64,000 nt of DNA from Halanaerobiales bacterium (GTDB taxonomy: Bacteria; Bacillota; Halanaerobiia; Halanaerobiales; M55B127). Below the pieces are notes generated by a model. That model was given only the letters and a program-made list of their open reading frames with translations, was not told the DNA's origin and did no database searches. The stretch lies in the NCBI GenBank assembly GCA_034521955.1, contig JAXHLT010000004.1, positions 71,511 through 135,510 of the forward strand. Reading direction: 5' to 3'. Positions 51,986 through 63,217 of the stretch are shown here, in pieces. Position 1 is the stretch's first letter, and every line of letters starts with the position of its first letter. Made by a program: the position numbers and the translations under genes.

Positions 51986-52433
51986 AAAGATAAACACTAC
52001 AATTAATAATAAAGATTATGAACTAGAAGTACCATATCAAATGAGTCTTTTGGAACTATTAAGAGAAGAACTTCATCTTACAGGTGCAAAAGAAGGCTGT
52101 GGAAACGGTGAATGTGGTGCTTGTACAGTACTTTTAAACAATGAAGCAGTTAGAAGTTGTATTGTTTTAGCACATGAAGTTGATGGAAAAGAAGTAGTCA
52201 CGATTGAAGGTGTAAAAGAAACCGGTGAGTTCAAAAAAATTAAAGATGCTTTTGCTGCTGAAGATGCAGTACAGTGTGGTTTTTGTACACCCGGTTTTGT
52301 AATGGCTATTAAAGCTTTATTAGATCGAACTAAAAGTCCGACTGATGAAGAAATCAAAGAGGCTTTAGGTGGTCACTTATGCCGCTGTACAGGTTATGAA
52401 TCAATTCATAAAGCAGTAAAACGTTTAGTTTAA
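51978..52433 (+). CDS. Xanthine-dehydrogenase-family [2Fe-2S] subunit
   Basis: GCGNGECGACTV, QCGFCTPG, CRCTGY motifs. Confidence 0.95.
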   Translation: MAKKINTTINNKDYELEVPYQMSLLELLREELHLTGAKEGCGNGECGACTVLLNNEAVRSCIVLAHEVDGKEVVTIEGVKETGEFKKIKDAFAAEDAVQCGFCTPGFVMAIKALLDRTKSPTDEEIKEALGGHLCRCTGYESIHKAVKRLV

Positions 52434-52461
52434 CAATATTAATAATAAGATATGTTAGTTA

Positions 52462-52490
52462 ATAAAAAGCCCAGAGATGGGCTTTTTATT
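52462..52490 (+). terminator. Intrinsic terminator
   Basis: AAAAAGCCCA-gaga-TGGGCTTTTT. Confidence 0.8.
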
Positions 52491-52554
52491 ATTTTGACTT
52501 TACAAAATATATCCTGTAAAATTAGGTATAAGAAGTAATATTAGGAGGAATAAA

Positions 52555-53283
52555 ATGAGTAATAAAAGAGTAGATGGACGAGAACATGATGAAATAAGAG
52601 AGACAGAAATAATAAGGGACTATACAAAGTATGCTGAGGGCTCTGTATTGGTATCTACAGGAGATACAAAAGTTATTTGCACTGTATCAGTTGAAAATAG
52701 TGTTCCCTACTTTTTAAGAGGGAAAAACAAAGGTTGGTTGACAGCTGAATATTCACTATTACCTAGATCAACACAATCTAGAACTATTAGAGAAGCTGCT
52801 AAGGGTAAAAGAAGTGGTAGAACAAGAGAAATTCAAAGGTTAATCGGAAGATCACTTAGAGCTGTTATTGATCTTGAAAAAATAGGTGAAAGAACAATCT
52901 GGATTGACTGTGATGTTATACAGGCTGATGGTGGTACAAGGACAGCTTCTATTACTGGAGCTTTTGTTGCCTTATATGATGCTGTACAGTATATGTTAGA
53001 AGAAGGTATGGTTGATAAATCTCCTCTTAAAGGATTTGCTGCTGCTACAAGTGTAGGAATAGTTGATGGAGAGTATCTATTAGACCTCTGTTATAAAGAA
53101 GATGTAAATGCTCAAGTTGATATGAATATCGTTATGTCTGAAAGTGGTGAAATAATAGAAGTTCAGGGTACAGCTGAAAAAGATCCTTTTACAAGAGAAG
53201 AAATGGATAAGTTTTTAGATTTAGCTGAAAAAGGTATTAATGACTTAATCATAGAACAGAAAAAAAGTTTGGAACTTAAATAA
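52555..53283 (+). CDS. rph: Ribonuclease PH
   Basis: [29 protein letters not shown] motifs. Confidence 0.98.
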   Translation: MSNKRVDGREHDEIRETEIIRDYTKYAEGSVLVSTGDTKVICTVSVENSVPYFLRGKNKGWLTAEYSLLPRSTQSRTIREAAKGKRSGRTREIQRLIGRSLRAVIDLEKIGERTIWIDCDVIQADGGTRTASITGAFVALYDAVQYMLEEGMVDKSPLKGFAAATSVGIVDGEYLLDLCYKEDVNAQVDMNIVMSESGEIIEVQGTAEKDPFTREEMDKFLDLAEKGINDLIIEQKKSLELK

Positions 53284-53883
53284 ATGAATAAAAAACTATT
53301 AGTTGCAAGTTCAAACAAAGGTAAAATCGAAGAGATAAAAGACCATTTTAAAGAACTTGACTTTAAGTTTGTAACTCCAGATCAATTTAATAATTTAAAA
53401 GAAGTTATTGAAGATGGAGAAACTTTAGAGGAAAATGCCTTAAAGAAAGCAAGAGATAGAGCATATAAAACTAATCTCTTATCATTAGCTGATGATACTG
53501 GTTTAGAAGTCGATTATCTTGATGGTAAACCTGGTATTTATTCAGCACGTTTTGCTCATGAAAATGCTACATATGAAGAGAATAATGATAAGTTATTAGA
53601 ACTTTTAGAGGGTGTACCTTATGAAAAAAGAACTGCTCAGTTTAGGACAGTAGTAGCAGTTGTAGATCCTTTAGAAGAAAAAGAATATACTGTTTCTGGT
53701 TTATGTAAAGGTTATATTTTAGAAAAAAGAAGAGGAAATCAGGGATTTGGATATGATCCATTATTTTATGTATCTGAATATGATAAAACATTTGCTGAAA
53801 TGACAGTAAGTTTAAAGAATAAAATCAGTCATAGAGCAAATGCTTTAGAAAAAATGAAAAAGGTATTAATAAGTAGATATTAA
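53284..53883 (+). CDS. rdgB: Non-canonical purine NTP pyrophosphatase (XTP/dITP diphosphatase)
   Basis: SSNKGK, ADDTGL, GFGYDP, KNKISHR motifs. Confidence 0.96.
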   Translation: MNKKLLVASSNKGKIEEIKDHFKELDFKFVTPDQFNNLKEVIEDGETLEENALKKARDRAYKTNLLSLADDTGLEVDYLDGKPGIYSARFAHENATYEENNDKLLELLEGVPYEKRTAQFRTVVAVVDPLEEKEYTVSGLCKGYILEKRRGNQGFGYDPLFYVSEYDKTFAEMTVSLKNKISHRANALEKMKKVLISRY

Positions 53884-54005
53884 GAGTATTATTGGCTTAA
53901 AACTTTCTTAACATATATAATCGGCTCTAATCGTTAGTTAAAAATTTTGACCATAAGGGTAATTTAAGTTATACTAATACTTGTCGCACGAAAAAAACAC
54001 TGTGA

Positions 54006-54082
54006 GCGGGAGTAGCTCAGTTGGCTAGAGCATCAGCCTTCCAAGCTGAGGGTCGCGGGTTCGAGCCCCGTTTCCCGCTCCA
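54006..54082 (+). tRNA. tRNA-Gly(TCC)
   Basis: Cloverleaf; anticodon loop CTTCCAA; TTCGAG T-loop; encoded CCA. Confidence 0.97.
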
Positions 54083-54093
54083 TATATTAACAT

Positions 54094-54171
<78 letters not shown>

Positions 54172-54179
54172 TTTATCAT

Positions 54180-54257
54180 GGTGGGTATAGCTCAGTAGGC
54201 TAGAGCGCAGGATTGTGGCTCCTGAGGCCGTGGGTTCAAGCCCCATTACCCACCCCA
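54180..54257 (+). tRNA. tRNA-His(GTG)
   Basis: Anticodon loop TTGTGGC; G-1 present; CCA. Confidence 0.97.
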
Positions 54258-54310
54258 TTTTAATTTTAAACATAATTATAATTTAATATAGATACGGATT
54301 TATTTTAAGT

Positions 54311-54387
<77 letters not shown>

Positions 54388-54691
54388 TTTTTTTGTTGAG
54401 AGCTTTTAAGTGTTGTCCTAAGGGAAACTTAAGGGCTTACACTTGTGAGGTATATTTAACTTTTGACCACTTTTTGAGTTACTGATTTTTAGGTGTTTTC
54501 AGCCTAGTTCAGTGGCTCTTTTTTGTTTCTCCTACTACTACTGAATATATCCTTTAGATTACTTGAAGTCGAAAAATATCTATCAAATATTTTCTGTTTT
54601 AGAATTTTTTAGGGAAACTTGTAACTTTTACTCAAATTATTCATATATATAAAAAAGTTAAACCCCTCCCGAATTAAGAGGGGCTTTTTTG

Positions 54692-55260
54692 TTAATTTGC
54701 AGTAGCTTCAAAATCTACATTAAAATCACTGCCATTTAAAGTTTGATCTGTAGGATCGAAAGTATAACCAGTCTTATTAGGTGTAACCACTACAGCTTCT
54801 TCTATTATTAATGATTTAGACCAATTTCCATTGGAATCGGTGATAGCAGAATCTGCTCCATTATTAAATCTTATAGAAACATCTGCTAAACCTGAACCAC
54901 TAATTGTTACAGTTCCAGATAAACTAATTTCTTTTTCGGCACTTTTGAAGTTTAAGTTATTTCTTTCAGATGTCACAGTATAGTCTTCTGGTGTAAATGT
55001 ATAACCAGTTTTTTGAACTGTGATAGTGACAGTCCCACCCAAGCCAGTTTTGTACCAAGATCCATCTGATTTAGATTTTACGGGTGTATCTCCATTACTA
55101 AAACTAATTGTAGCATTTTTATATGGATCATCCATTTGAGTTAGTAATTGTGCCTTTTACTGTATAAGTATTAAAATAGAATGGTAATGTATCACAACCC
55201 GATAAAATTACAGTAAAAGCTAATAGAAAGAATTAGTAGTAGTAATAATTTATTGTTCAT
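54692..55260 (-). pseudogene. Lipoprotein with two carboxypeptidase-regulatory-like Ig repeats; two frameshifts
   Basis: Lipobox VILSG|C in the shifted frame; repeats SDGSW..KTGYTFTP and SNGNW..KTGYTFDP. Confidence 0.6.
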
Positions 55261-55461
55261 AATATCATCCTTTCTTTTTATGTTATTTATTATAATATTG
55301 ACCAAAAGTAAAAAAACTCCTTTAAAACATTTATTTGAAAGAGGTATATTAAAAAGTGTTAATAAGTCAGAAAAATATTAGCATACATAAAAATTTAAAA
55401 TTCAATATCCTTATGTCTATAATATTATTGTTTTTCAGTAGTTGATTAAAGTATGTAGCTT

Positions 55462-56127
55462 CTAGAACCAGCCGTTACTATTCAATAGATCGATTAAAGC
55501 CATAACATCTGATTCTGCTCTACGTGCTTGTTTGGTCTTTATATCGTGATCATTTAATAGGTTTTGTAAACCCTTAGAGCTGAATCCTCTTTTTCTCCAT
55601 CTGATTCCATTCATACTACAAAGCCATACTTTATTCTTAAGGTCCTTAAATTCTTTCTGTATATATCTTTTATCAAAAGAGGCATTATGCGCTACTAAAA
55701 AATCAGCTTCATCAAATAGGTAGTATAACCTCTGGTAATCGATTTGCTGATCCTTAAGCATATCAGGGGTGATATTATGAACATTTTCGAGCTTCTGGAT
55801 TAATGTCCACATTAGGTTCTCTTAAGCCTGTATACTTATCTATAATAGTTAAAGATCCCTGTTTATCAAATTCAACTAATACAACAGTAATCTCAATGAA
55901 TTCATCTACAGCTGTTAAACCTGTAGTTTCAGTATGTAGGATTAAAGCTTTGTTATTATACTTGTTTCCTTTAGTTCTAATATGAGTTGAATCAGTGATT
56001 TTATCTTTTAGATTATCTTTAGTTATACCTTGAGAAATTGTCTGAAAGAGTATTCCTGCCTATTACTCCTAAAAATCATGACAAGGTAGGTATTAATATT
56101 ATAGCTATTCCTGAAAAACAAATACAT
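55462..56127 (-). pseudogene. Decayed DnaQ-like DEDDh 3'-5' exonuclease
   Basis: HTETTG (ExoI D->H), AHNASFD, RRAESD (ExoIII H->R); frameshifts and stops. Confidence 0.75.
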
Positions 56128-56264
56128 AATGTTCCACCTCTCAATTTTATATTGCGTTCTCTTAATATTTGCTATATTCTAATTGAGCAAAAAGTTAAGA
56201 AATCCTTTAGATTAAAGTTTGAGAATGATATAGTATATATCCACAGACAGAGCAAAACTGTTGC

Positions 56265-56684
56265 ATGATGGATATGCTAATCTTTTAACCATACCACCGA
56301 ATGTTAAAGTATGTAGAATCTATTTAAAGAGTTAGCTAAAGAAGCCGGGAGAATGATAGAGGTCTTTGGGCAAAACCAAAAGAGGAAACAGATGATTTAC
56401 CAATAATATCATGGGAAGAAGCTGGTAATTATATTGGACAAGAAGTAATTGTAGAAGGTACAATTGTTGATACCTATGATTCAGGAAAGGCTATATTTTT
56501 GAACTTTGATGAAAATTACAGTGAAACATTTACTGCAGTAATCTTTAGCAGTGATGAATATAAGTTTGATTTTGAGCCCGAAGATTATTATTTGGGTAAG
56601 AAAGTTAAAGTTAGAGGTAAGGTTAAAGAGTATAAAGGAGCTCCAGAGATTATTGTTGAGGAGCCGGGGCAGATAGAGGAGTAG
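56265..56684 (+). pseudogene. 3' fragment of a thermonuclease (SNase) fused to an OB-fold domain
   Basis: GYANLLTIPPNVK...ENDRGLW fragments, then ISWEEAGNYIGQEVIVEG...FLNF...FTAVIF. Confidence 0.65.
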
Positions 56685-56780
56685 TGAAAATAATTTATAA
56701 AAAAGCTCAACTAAGTTATTTATTTATCTGTTGCAGTTAAAGTTTCAAAAATTGTTTATTAACTCGCGGAATCTTATAAA

Positions 56781-57119
56781 ATGAAGGTGATGCATATCAG
56801 GTATTATTTAGAGGTATTGAATGAATATGATGAATTTAGAGGAAGAGTAAGTAGGAAGAAGTTTTGGATGTTTGTACTTATCTCAACTATTATTAGTGTT
56901 TTGTTGGTTTTCATAAATATAGGGATATTTTTAGTATATAGTTTGTTGGTTCTTTTGCCTTCATTGGGAGTTACAGCAAGAAGATTACATGATACAAATA
57001 GAAGTGCTTGGTTTCTATTATTAGAATTAGTTCCTATAATTGGAGGAATTTATATATTGATACTATGTGCTGAAGAAGGTACTACTGGTGAGAATGAATA
57101 TGGTAAAAGCCCAAAATAA
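56781..57119 (+). CDS. DUF805-family membrane protein
   Basis: FRGRVSRKKFW, LGVTARRLHDT, GENEYG motifs. Confidence 0.9.
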   Translation: MKVMHIRYYLEVLNEYDEFRGRVSRKKFWMFVLISTIISVLLVFINIGIFLVYSLLVLLPSLGVTARRLHDTNRSAWFLLLELVPIIGGIYILILCAEEGTTGENEYGKSPK

Positions 57120-57124
57120 TAAAA

Positions 57125-57345
57125 AATCACAATTAACATTAGAGCGAATAGAAGGATATTATGCAGTTTCGCCAATCAGATTAGAAAAGAAAATGAAGAC
57201 AGATTTGACCCAATATTTTTTTGCCTGATGATGTTGAAGAAGGGGATATTCTGCAATTTGAAATTAATAGGAATTTAGAAGAGAAGAGAAAATGTCGATC
57301 AGAGAGTTGAAGAGTTACAATGAGAAGTTGAAGGGAAAAGTGATT
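57125..57345 (+). pseudogene. DUF3006-like fragment
   Basis: LERIEGYYAV...FLPDDVEEGDIL read across frames; no start codon. Confidence 0.45.
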
Positions 57346-57459
57346 TTATTTAATTAGTTTACTCCCGGATTTTATGGTGTTTTACTATTTTATGCGGTTA
57401 TTAAAAATGGCACACTAATACTAACAATCTAAAAATACAAGTAAAAAACAAAAGATTTA

Positions 57460-59017
57460 CTTAGTGTAAAATAACTTTTGGAGAATAGTGATAAAAAAAT
57501 AGAAAGAAGACTCCCTTTTTGATAAAATGTTTGTATCCAAACAAAACATAGAAAGGGGAGTCTTCTTATGGATACTATTATACAACATTTTTATGAAAAA
57601 ATCACATCTGAATTAGAAAAGGAAGTAAAAAACATATTTGTTGAAGGTCAAGGTGACATTAGTCAAGTAATTAATAATGTTGAAAACAACTTAAATGAAC
57701 TGGGTTGTAATATTATTAAAGATTTCATAGAAAAATGTGATCATGAAATTAAAAAATCCCAAGAACGTAAAAAACAATGGGTAGTACAACAAAAAGATAT
57801 GAAGAAAACTTTAATTACTACCTTTGGAGAAGTAAAGTATTCAAGAGTATATTACAAATCGAAATCTAACCAGGGGTTTACCTACCTTGTTGATGATATT
57901 TTAGGTATAGAAAGATATCAAAGGCTAGATGATGGTCTATCTGCAAAAATAGTTAAACTATCTTCAGATCATTCCTATCAAAAAAGTGCTGATTTGGCTG
58001 TTAAAAGTGTAAACTTAAGCCGCCAGACGGTTAAAAACAAGATAAGAGAGCTTGGAGAGATAGATAACCGTGAGTTAGAAGATATACCTGATAAAAAAAG
58101 AAAAGTCAAACGACTATATGTAGAAGCAGATGAAGATCATATTGCATTACAAAATGATGGTAAAAGTACAATCAGTAGGTTAATATATGTTCATGAAGGT
58201 TTGGAGAAAGTAAATGAAAACCGGAATAGGTTAAAGAATGTGAAGTATTTTAGTGGTTTATATAAAAACAGTTTTGAAGATTTGTGGCTTGAGGTAATAG
58301 ATTATATAGATGAACATTATGATGTAGATGAAATAGAGACTACATATTTAGCAGGAGATGGGGCAGATTGGATTAAAGAGGGATTACATTGGTTACCAAG
58401 GCCTAAGTATGTATTGGATAGATATCATCTAAATAAGTATGTATTAAAAGCTACAGGCCATCTTCCAAAAATGAGGTTTTATCTTTGGGAAGGATTAAAT
58501 GAGTGTAATTTAGAAATGGTAGATTCAGTCTTTAAAGAGATTATAGATAAAACTGAAAAAGAAACGAAATTGAAAGCAGTTAAAAAATCTCGTGGATATA
58601 TATTATCAAATTGGAGTGGAGTTGTTCGATATTATCAAGACCCACATGCATTAGGCTGTAGTGCTGAGGGTCATGTGAGTCATATTTTATCTCATAGATT
58701 ATCTAGTCGTCCAATGGGTTGGAGTAATTTAGGAGCAGATCAGATGTCTAGGTTAAGAGCATTTAAGTTCAATGGTGGTAAAGTAATTAATATATGTAAT
58801 TTAATAAAAGAGAATAAAAAAGAAAAGAAAATTGAGATTCAAAAAGAAAGAATATTTAAAAGAAGTAAACTTAAGAGTCTTTATCCTGAAGCAAAAGAAG
58901 TAATGCCCGCTTTGAAAGGCGGAAAAGTAAGCGGAACTTATACAGCAGTCAAGGCATATGCCTTTTAAATATAAAAAAGGGAGTTTTATCTAAATCCAAA
59001 AGTAACTTGACACTATC
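57460..59017 (+). mobile_element. ISLre2-family insertion sequence, apparently intact
   Basis: Imperfect TIRs TAGTGTAAAATAACTTTTGGA and (rc) TAGTGTCAAGTTACTTTTGGA; 9-bp direct repeats AAAGATTTA at 57451-57459 and 59018-59026. Confidence 0.9.
57568..58968 (+). CDS. ISLre2-family transposase (UPF0236)
   Basis: LYVEADEDH, GDGADWIK, LDRYH, GCSAEGHVSH..S.R...RPMGWS motifs. Confidence 0.93.
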   Translation: MDTIIQHFYEKITSELEKEVKNIFVEGQGDISQVINNVENNLNELGCNIIKDFIEKCDHEIKKSQERKKQWVVQQKDMKKTLITTFGEVKYSRVYYKSKSNQGFTYLVDDILGIERYQRLDDGLSAKIVKLSSDHSYQKSADLAVKSVNLSRQTVKNKIRELGEIDNRELEDIPDKKRKVKRLYVEADEDHIALQNDGKSTISRLIYVHEGLEKVNENRNRLKNVKYFSGLYKNSFEDLWLEVIDYIDEHYDVDEIETTYLAGDGADWIKEGLHWLPRPKYVLDRYHLNKYVLKATGHLPKMRFYLWEGLNECNLEMVDSVFKEIIDKTEKETKLKAVKKSRGYILSNWSGVVRYYQDPHALGCSAEGHVSHILSHRLSSRPMGWSNLGADQMSRLRAFKFNGGKVINICNLIKENKKEKKIEIQKERIFKRSKLKSLYPEAKEVMPALKGGKVSGTYTAVKAYAF

Positions 59018-59032
59018 AAAGATTTAAATATT

Positions 59033-59089
59033 TTGACAATTATAAGAATAATTGTTATCATACATTTAAACGATTAATTAAACGATTAA
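59033..59089 (+). promoter_or_regulatory. SigA promoter plus tandem LacI-type operators
   Basis: TTGACA-17-TATCAT, then TTAAACGATTAA twice (59066-59089). Confidence 0.7.
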
Positions 59090-59109
59090 TTATACGAAGG
59101 GAGATATAT

Positions 59110-60123
59110 ATGGTCACCATAAAAGATGTAGCTAAAGAAGCAAAAGTTTCTACAGCTACAAGTTTCAAATGTTATTAATAATAGCAATTATGTTAGTCCA
59201 GAATTAACTGCGAAAGTTAATCGAAGTGATTAAAAAATTAAACTATAAACCTAATGAGGTAGCAAGGGGATTAAAAACCAAGCGTTCAAAAACAATTGCC
59301 TTAATATGTTCTGATATAGCTAACCCTTTCTATGCTCCCTTAATGAAAAGGTGTAGAAAAGGTATTATCTGAAAAAAATTATAGCTTAATAATTTGTAAT
59401 ACAGATGAAAATGCTGTAAAAGAGTCAGAATATGTTGATGTAATAATGCAGAAAAATGATTGATGGATTAATCATTGCTCCTACAGGTGAAAATTTAAAT
59501 ATATTTGAGCAATTAAAGAAGAAATCATATACCTTATGTCTGTGTAGACCGTCAAACAAGTAAATTAAAAAGTGATATGGTTAAATCTAATAATGTAGAG
59601 CGAGCTTATCAACTATGACAAAACATTTATTAAAGCAGGGTCATAGAAGAATAGGTATTTTGATGGATAAAATCGAAACTAGTAATGAAAGATTGAATGG
59701 ATATAAAAAAGCATTAAAAGAATATAAAATAGATTTTCAAAAAGAATTTAGTTGCATATGGAAGATATAATATTGAAGGAGGTAGTGAAGCAGCCAATGA
59801 ACTATTACAACTAGAAAATAAACCAACAGCTATCTTTAGCACCCATGAATTTGATGACAATAGGTGCTATGAAGGTAATCTTACAAAAGGGATATAGATG
59901 TCCTGAAAGATATTTCATTAGCGTGGTTTTGATGTTCATTTCGAGTGGGCATCTGTTTTTAAACCCCACTTAACTACTGTAGCTCAATTTCCAAATATAA
60001 TTGGACAAAAAGCAAGTGAAATATTAATCGAACGAATTGAAGATCCTGAAAGAGATTACCAAGTAATTAATATAGACACCCGAATTAATCATAAGAAATT
60101 CTACTAGTAAAATTCAAAATTAA
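59110..60123 (+). CDS. LacI-family repressor (multiple frameshifts, likely sequencing error)
   Basis: MVTIKDVAKEAKVSTAT, LNYKPNEVARGLK, NPFY, PTAIF, PLTTV read across frames. Confidence 0.85.
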
Positions 60124-60129
60124 TTTTTG

Positions 60130-60157
60130 TAGTTCATTTAAACGTTTAAATGAACTA
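60130..60157. promoter_or_regulatory. 28-bp perfect palindrome, LacI-type operator
   Basis: TAGTTCATTTAAACGTTTAAATGAACTA with central AAACGTTT. Confidence 0.7.
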
Positions 60158-60262
60158 GAGGAGGTGCATATTTTTAAACAAGTAAACATATTTTGATATT
60201 TAAAAATTTCAATTATTAACAGTGTGATAGATATTATTTAAAAAGACAAATAGGAGGAATAG

Positions 60263-61290
60263 ATGATGGGAAAATTTGGATATAGCGAGAATATGAAAAG
60301 GTAATTAATGGAGCTTTAAAACAAAGAGATAATATTGAAAAAGCAGCTGATAAAATATCAAAAAAGGATATTCTAACATATTTTTAATTGGTGTAGGGGG
60401 AACATATGCACATTCATTATACTTTACAATATATGCTTGAAACATTAAGTGATATGAGAAACACGTGCAGTAATTGCTTCCGAATTTATGATTATGGATC
60501 ATCAAAGATTTACAAAAGATTCAATTTGTATTTTTTCTACAAGGATCTGGAAATACCAAAGAAATTATTGAAGCTCAGAAGTACTGCCGGAAAGCAGGTG
60601 CTACTGTAGTAACTCACGTAGCGTGAACTGAGGGAACACCTGCTTGGTAAATTAACCGACTATTTATTTTCGTAATTACGCTGAAGATGATCATTTGGCT
60701 GAATCTATTTATTTGATAAATATCCCATTTATATTCGGTTTATTATATAATGATAATTATTTTCCTCAATATAATAAATTCATGAATCAACTTGAAGAAA
60801 TTACACCTTATCTAATAAAGGGTAAGGAAAAAATATAATGATAAATGTAAAAAGTTGGCGAAAGAACATAAAGATACAGAGTATCATATGGTCGTACCAG
60901 GTAGTGGAAATATATGGGGAGAAGCTTATCGATTATGCTATGTGTATCCCTTGAAGAGATGCAGTGGATAAAAACTAAATCAATTCATGCTGCAGAGTTT
61001 TTTCACGGAACACTGGAACTTGTTGAAGAAGATACTAGTATTATCATGCTTTATGGTGAAGATGAGACAAGACCTTTAATGGACCGAGTATATGGTTTCA
61101 GCTAAAAAAATAACTGATGAAATCAGTATCTTTGACGCTCAAGATATAGAATTACCATTGGATAAAGAATTCAGAAAACATTTGTCTCCTTTGGTAATTT
61201 ATGCAATATTAGAGCGTTTTAGTTACCATCTTTCCCAAGAAGCAAATCACTCTCGATAAGAGAAGATATTATCGTCAAATGGATTATTAG
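60263..61290 (+). CDS. frlB: SIS-domain fructosamine-6-phosphate deglycase (frameshifted)
   Basis: IGVGGT, SGNTKEI, EMQWIKTKSIHAAEFFHGTLE, C-terminal RRYYRQMDY. Confidence 0.8.
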
Positions 61291-61593
61291 TTTTAAAAAA
61301 ATGCTAAAGATATGCTTCTGGTATTTTAAAATATCAGAAGTATACTCATTTATTTGTAAAAAATTATAAACCTATGTAGATATAAGAGTTTCTGACTTTT
61401 AATTCATTTGATCTTTTCTTTTTAAATATTTTTCAATTCAAGTAAAAATATTATATATATAAAATAAAACTTATTATTTTCTTTATCAAGTATGGACAGA
61501 TAGCAGTAATTAGTAACTATCTTTGTAATAGTTTTTTCTATTTGAGCTAATATATTTTGTAAAAATGTAATAATAAAAATTGAGGTGATGTTT

Positions 61594-62412
61594 GTGTTAA
61601 AAGCTGTGGCTGTAGGAGATAATTGTATAGACAATTATTTAAAGCCAATCAATAAATCCTTTGTAGGAGGAAATGCCTTAAATGTGGCAGTAGCCCTAAA
61701 AGCGAAATGATGGTTCATACGGCTTATGTGGGACCAATTGGAAATGATAAAAATGGAGAGAGAATAATTTCAGAACTAAAAAATAAGGAAATTGATGTTA
61801 GTTATGATAAAAAAACTTCCTATGGAATCAGCAGTAACTGATGTATTTTTGGATAATGCTGAAAGAGAATTTATTGAAGAACATATGAAAATTATCGAAG
61901 AGTTTATTATTGATGAGGAGACAATGAATTTTATAAAAAAGTATGACTTAATACATAATAACATCAATGGTTCAACTATAAAATATCTCTTGAAGAATTT
62001 AATGGTTTTAAAAATCAGATAACTTTGTTGATTATTCAGACAAATTTGATGATAATTTACTAAAGGAGACTCTTCCCTTTAGTTGATGTAGCTTTTTTAT
62101 CTTGTTCGGAATATAATCTTAAAGAAATAGATGAATTAATTTCTGTGCAATGGATTGGTTGGGGCCAGAATTGTTTGGTTATTACTCTGGGTGAAACCGG
62201 TAGTATTGCTTTATGATAAAAAGGGGAGAGAAGTGGTTTCGCGAAGGCATATGAGGTTAGGAGTATGTTGTTGATACACTCTGGTGCGGGATGCCTTTAT
62301 TGGCAGCTTTCTCTGCTGAATGGTTGAAAGGTAAAAATATCTCCTCATGCCCTCAGATAAAGCTCCTAACATGCCGGTAATAATATGTATGCATTATGGA
62401 GCATGGCTCTGA
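61594..62412 (+). CDS. frlD: PfkB-family fructosamine kinase (frameshifted)
   Basis: VAVGDNCIDNY, GGNALNVAV, TLGETGS, VDT.GAG.AF fragments. Confidence 0.75.
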
Positions 62413-62432
62413 AACTAAAAAGGAGGTCTTGG

Positions 62433-63208
62433 ATGAATGAATCCAACCTTAAAAGTTGAAAATATTGGCAAAAATTTTGGCAATATAGAAGCATTAAAGG
62501 TGTTGTTAGTATGGAAGATATACCCTGGAGAAATAGTAGCAATTGTTGGAGATAATGGTGCAGGGAAAATCTACTTTGATTAAAAATAATGTCTGGAGCT
62601 TTACAACCTGATTATGGCCATATTTATTTAGAAAACAAAAAAGTGAAATTTAAGAGGAATCCTGCTCAAGCTAGAGATGCCGGAATCCAGAAACAGTATA
62701 TCAAGATTTAGCAGTGGCTACCAGATTTAGATATTGGCTGATAATCTATTTCCGGCAAGAGAAAAGGTGAAAGACGGTATATTGGGTAAACTGGGTTTTT
62801 TGGATAGAAAAAATTTATGGTTGATAATAATTTGAAAACTTTAAAAAAATTAAATGTACCGGTTAATGAAGTAACTCAAGTAGAGACACTTTCGGGGGGT
62901 CAAAGGCAGTCGGTTGCAGTTTGTAGAGCAGTTGCATGGGCGCAAAATTTGATTATTATGGATGAACCAACTGCTGCTCTGGGTGTAGAAGAGACTGAGA
63001 ATGTGCTAAAACTTATTAAGAAGGTACAATCAACGAATAATACACCTGTATTGATTGTCAGCCACAATATGCCTGATGTTTTTGCAGTTGCTGATAGAAT
63101 AGTTATTTTAAGATTGGGCAATAAAGTTGGAGAAGTTATAAAAGAAGAAACTAGCATGGACGCATTGTTAGTCTTATTACCGGCTCTAAAATTCAAGAAA
63201 ATATTTAG
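62433..63208 (+). CDS. Sugar ABC transporter ATP-binding protein, single domain (frameshifted)
   Basis: GDNGAGK, VYQDLA, LSGGQRQ, IIMDEPTAALG, SHN motifs. Confidence 0.85.
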
Positions 63209-63217
63209 GGGGGCAAG

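Noticed and set aside
48805-52433. Aerobic CO dehydrogenase or a selenocysteine-containing enzyme
   Set aside because: The active-site loop is AFRGYS rather than AYxCSFR, and there is no in-frame TGA.
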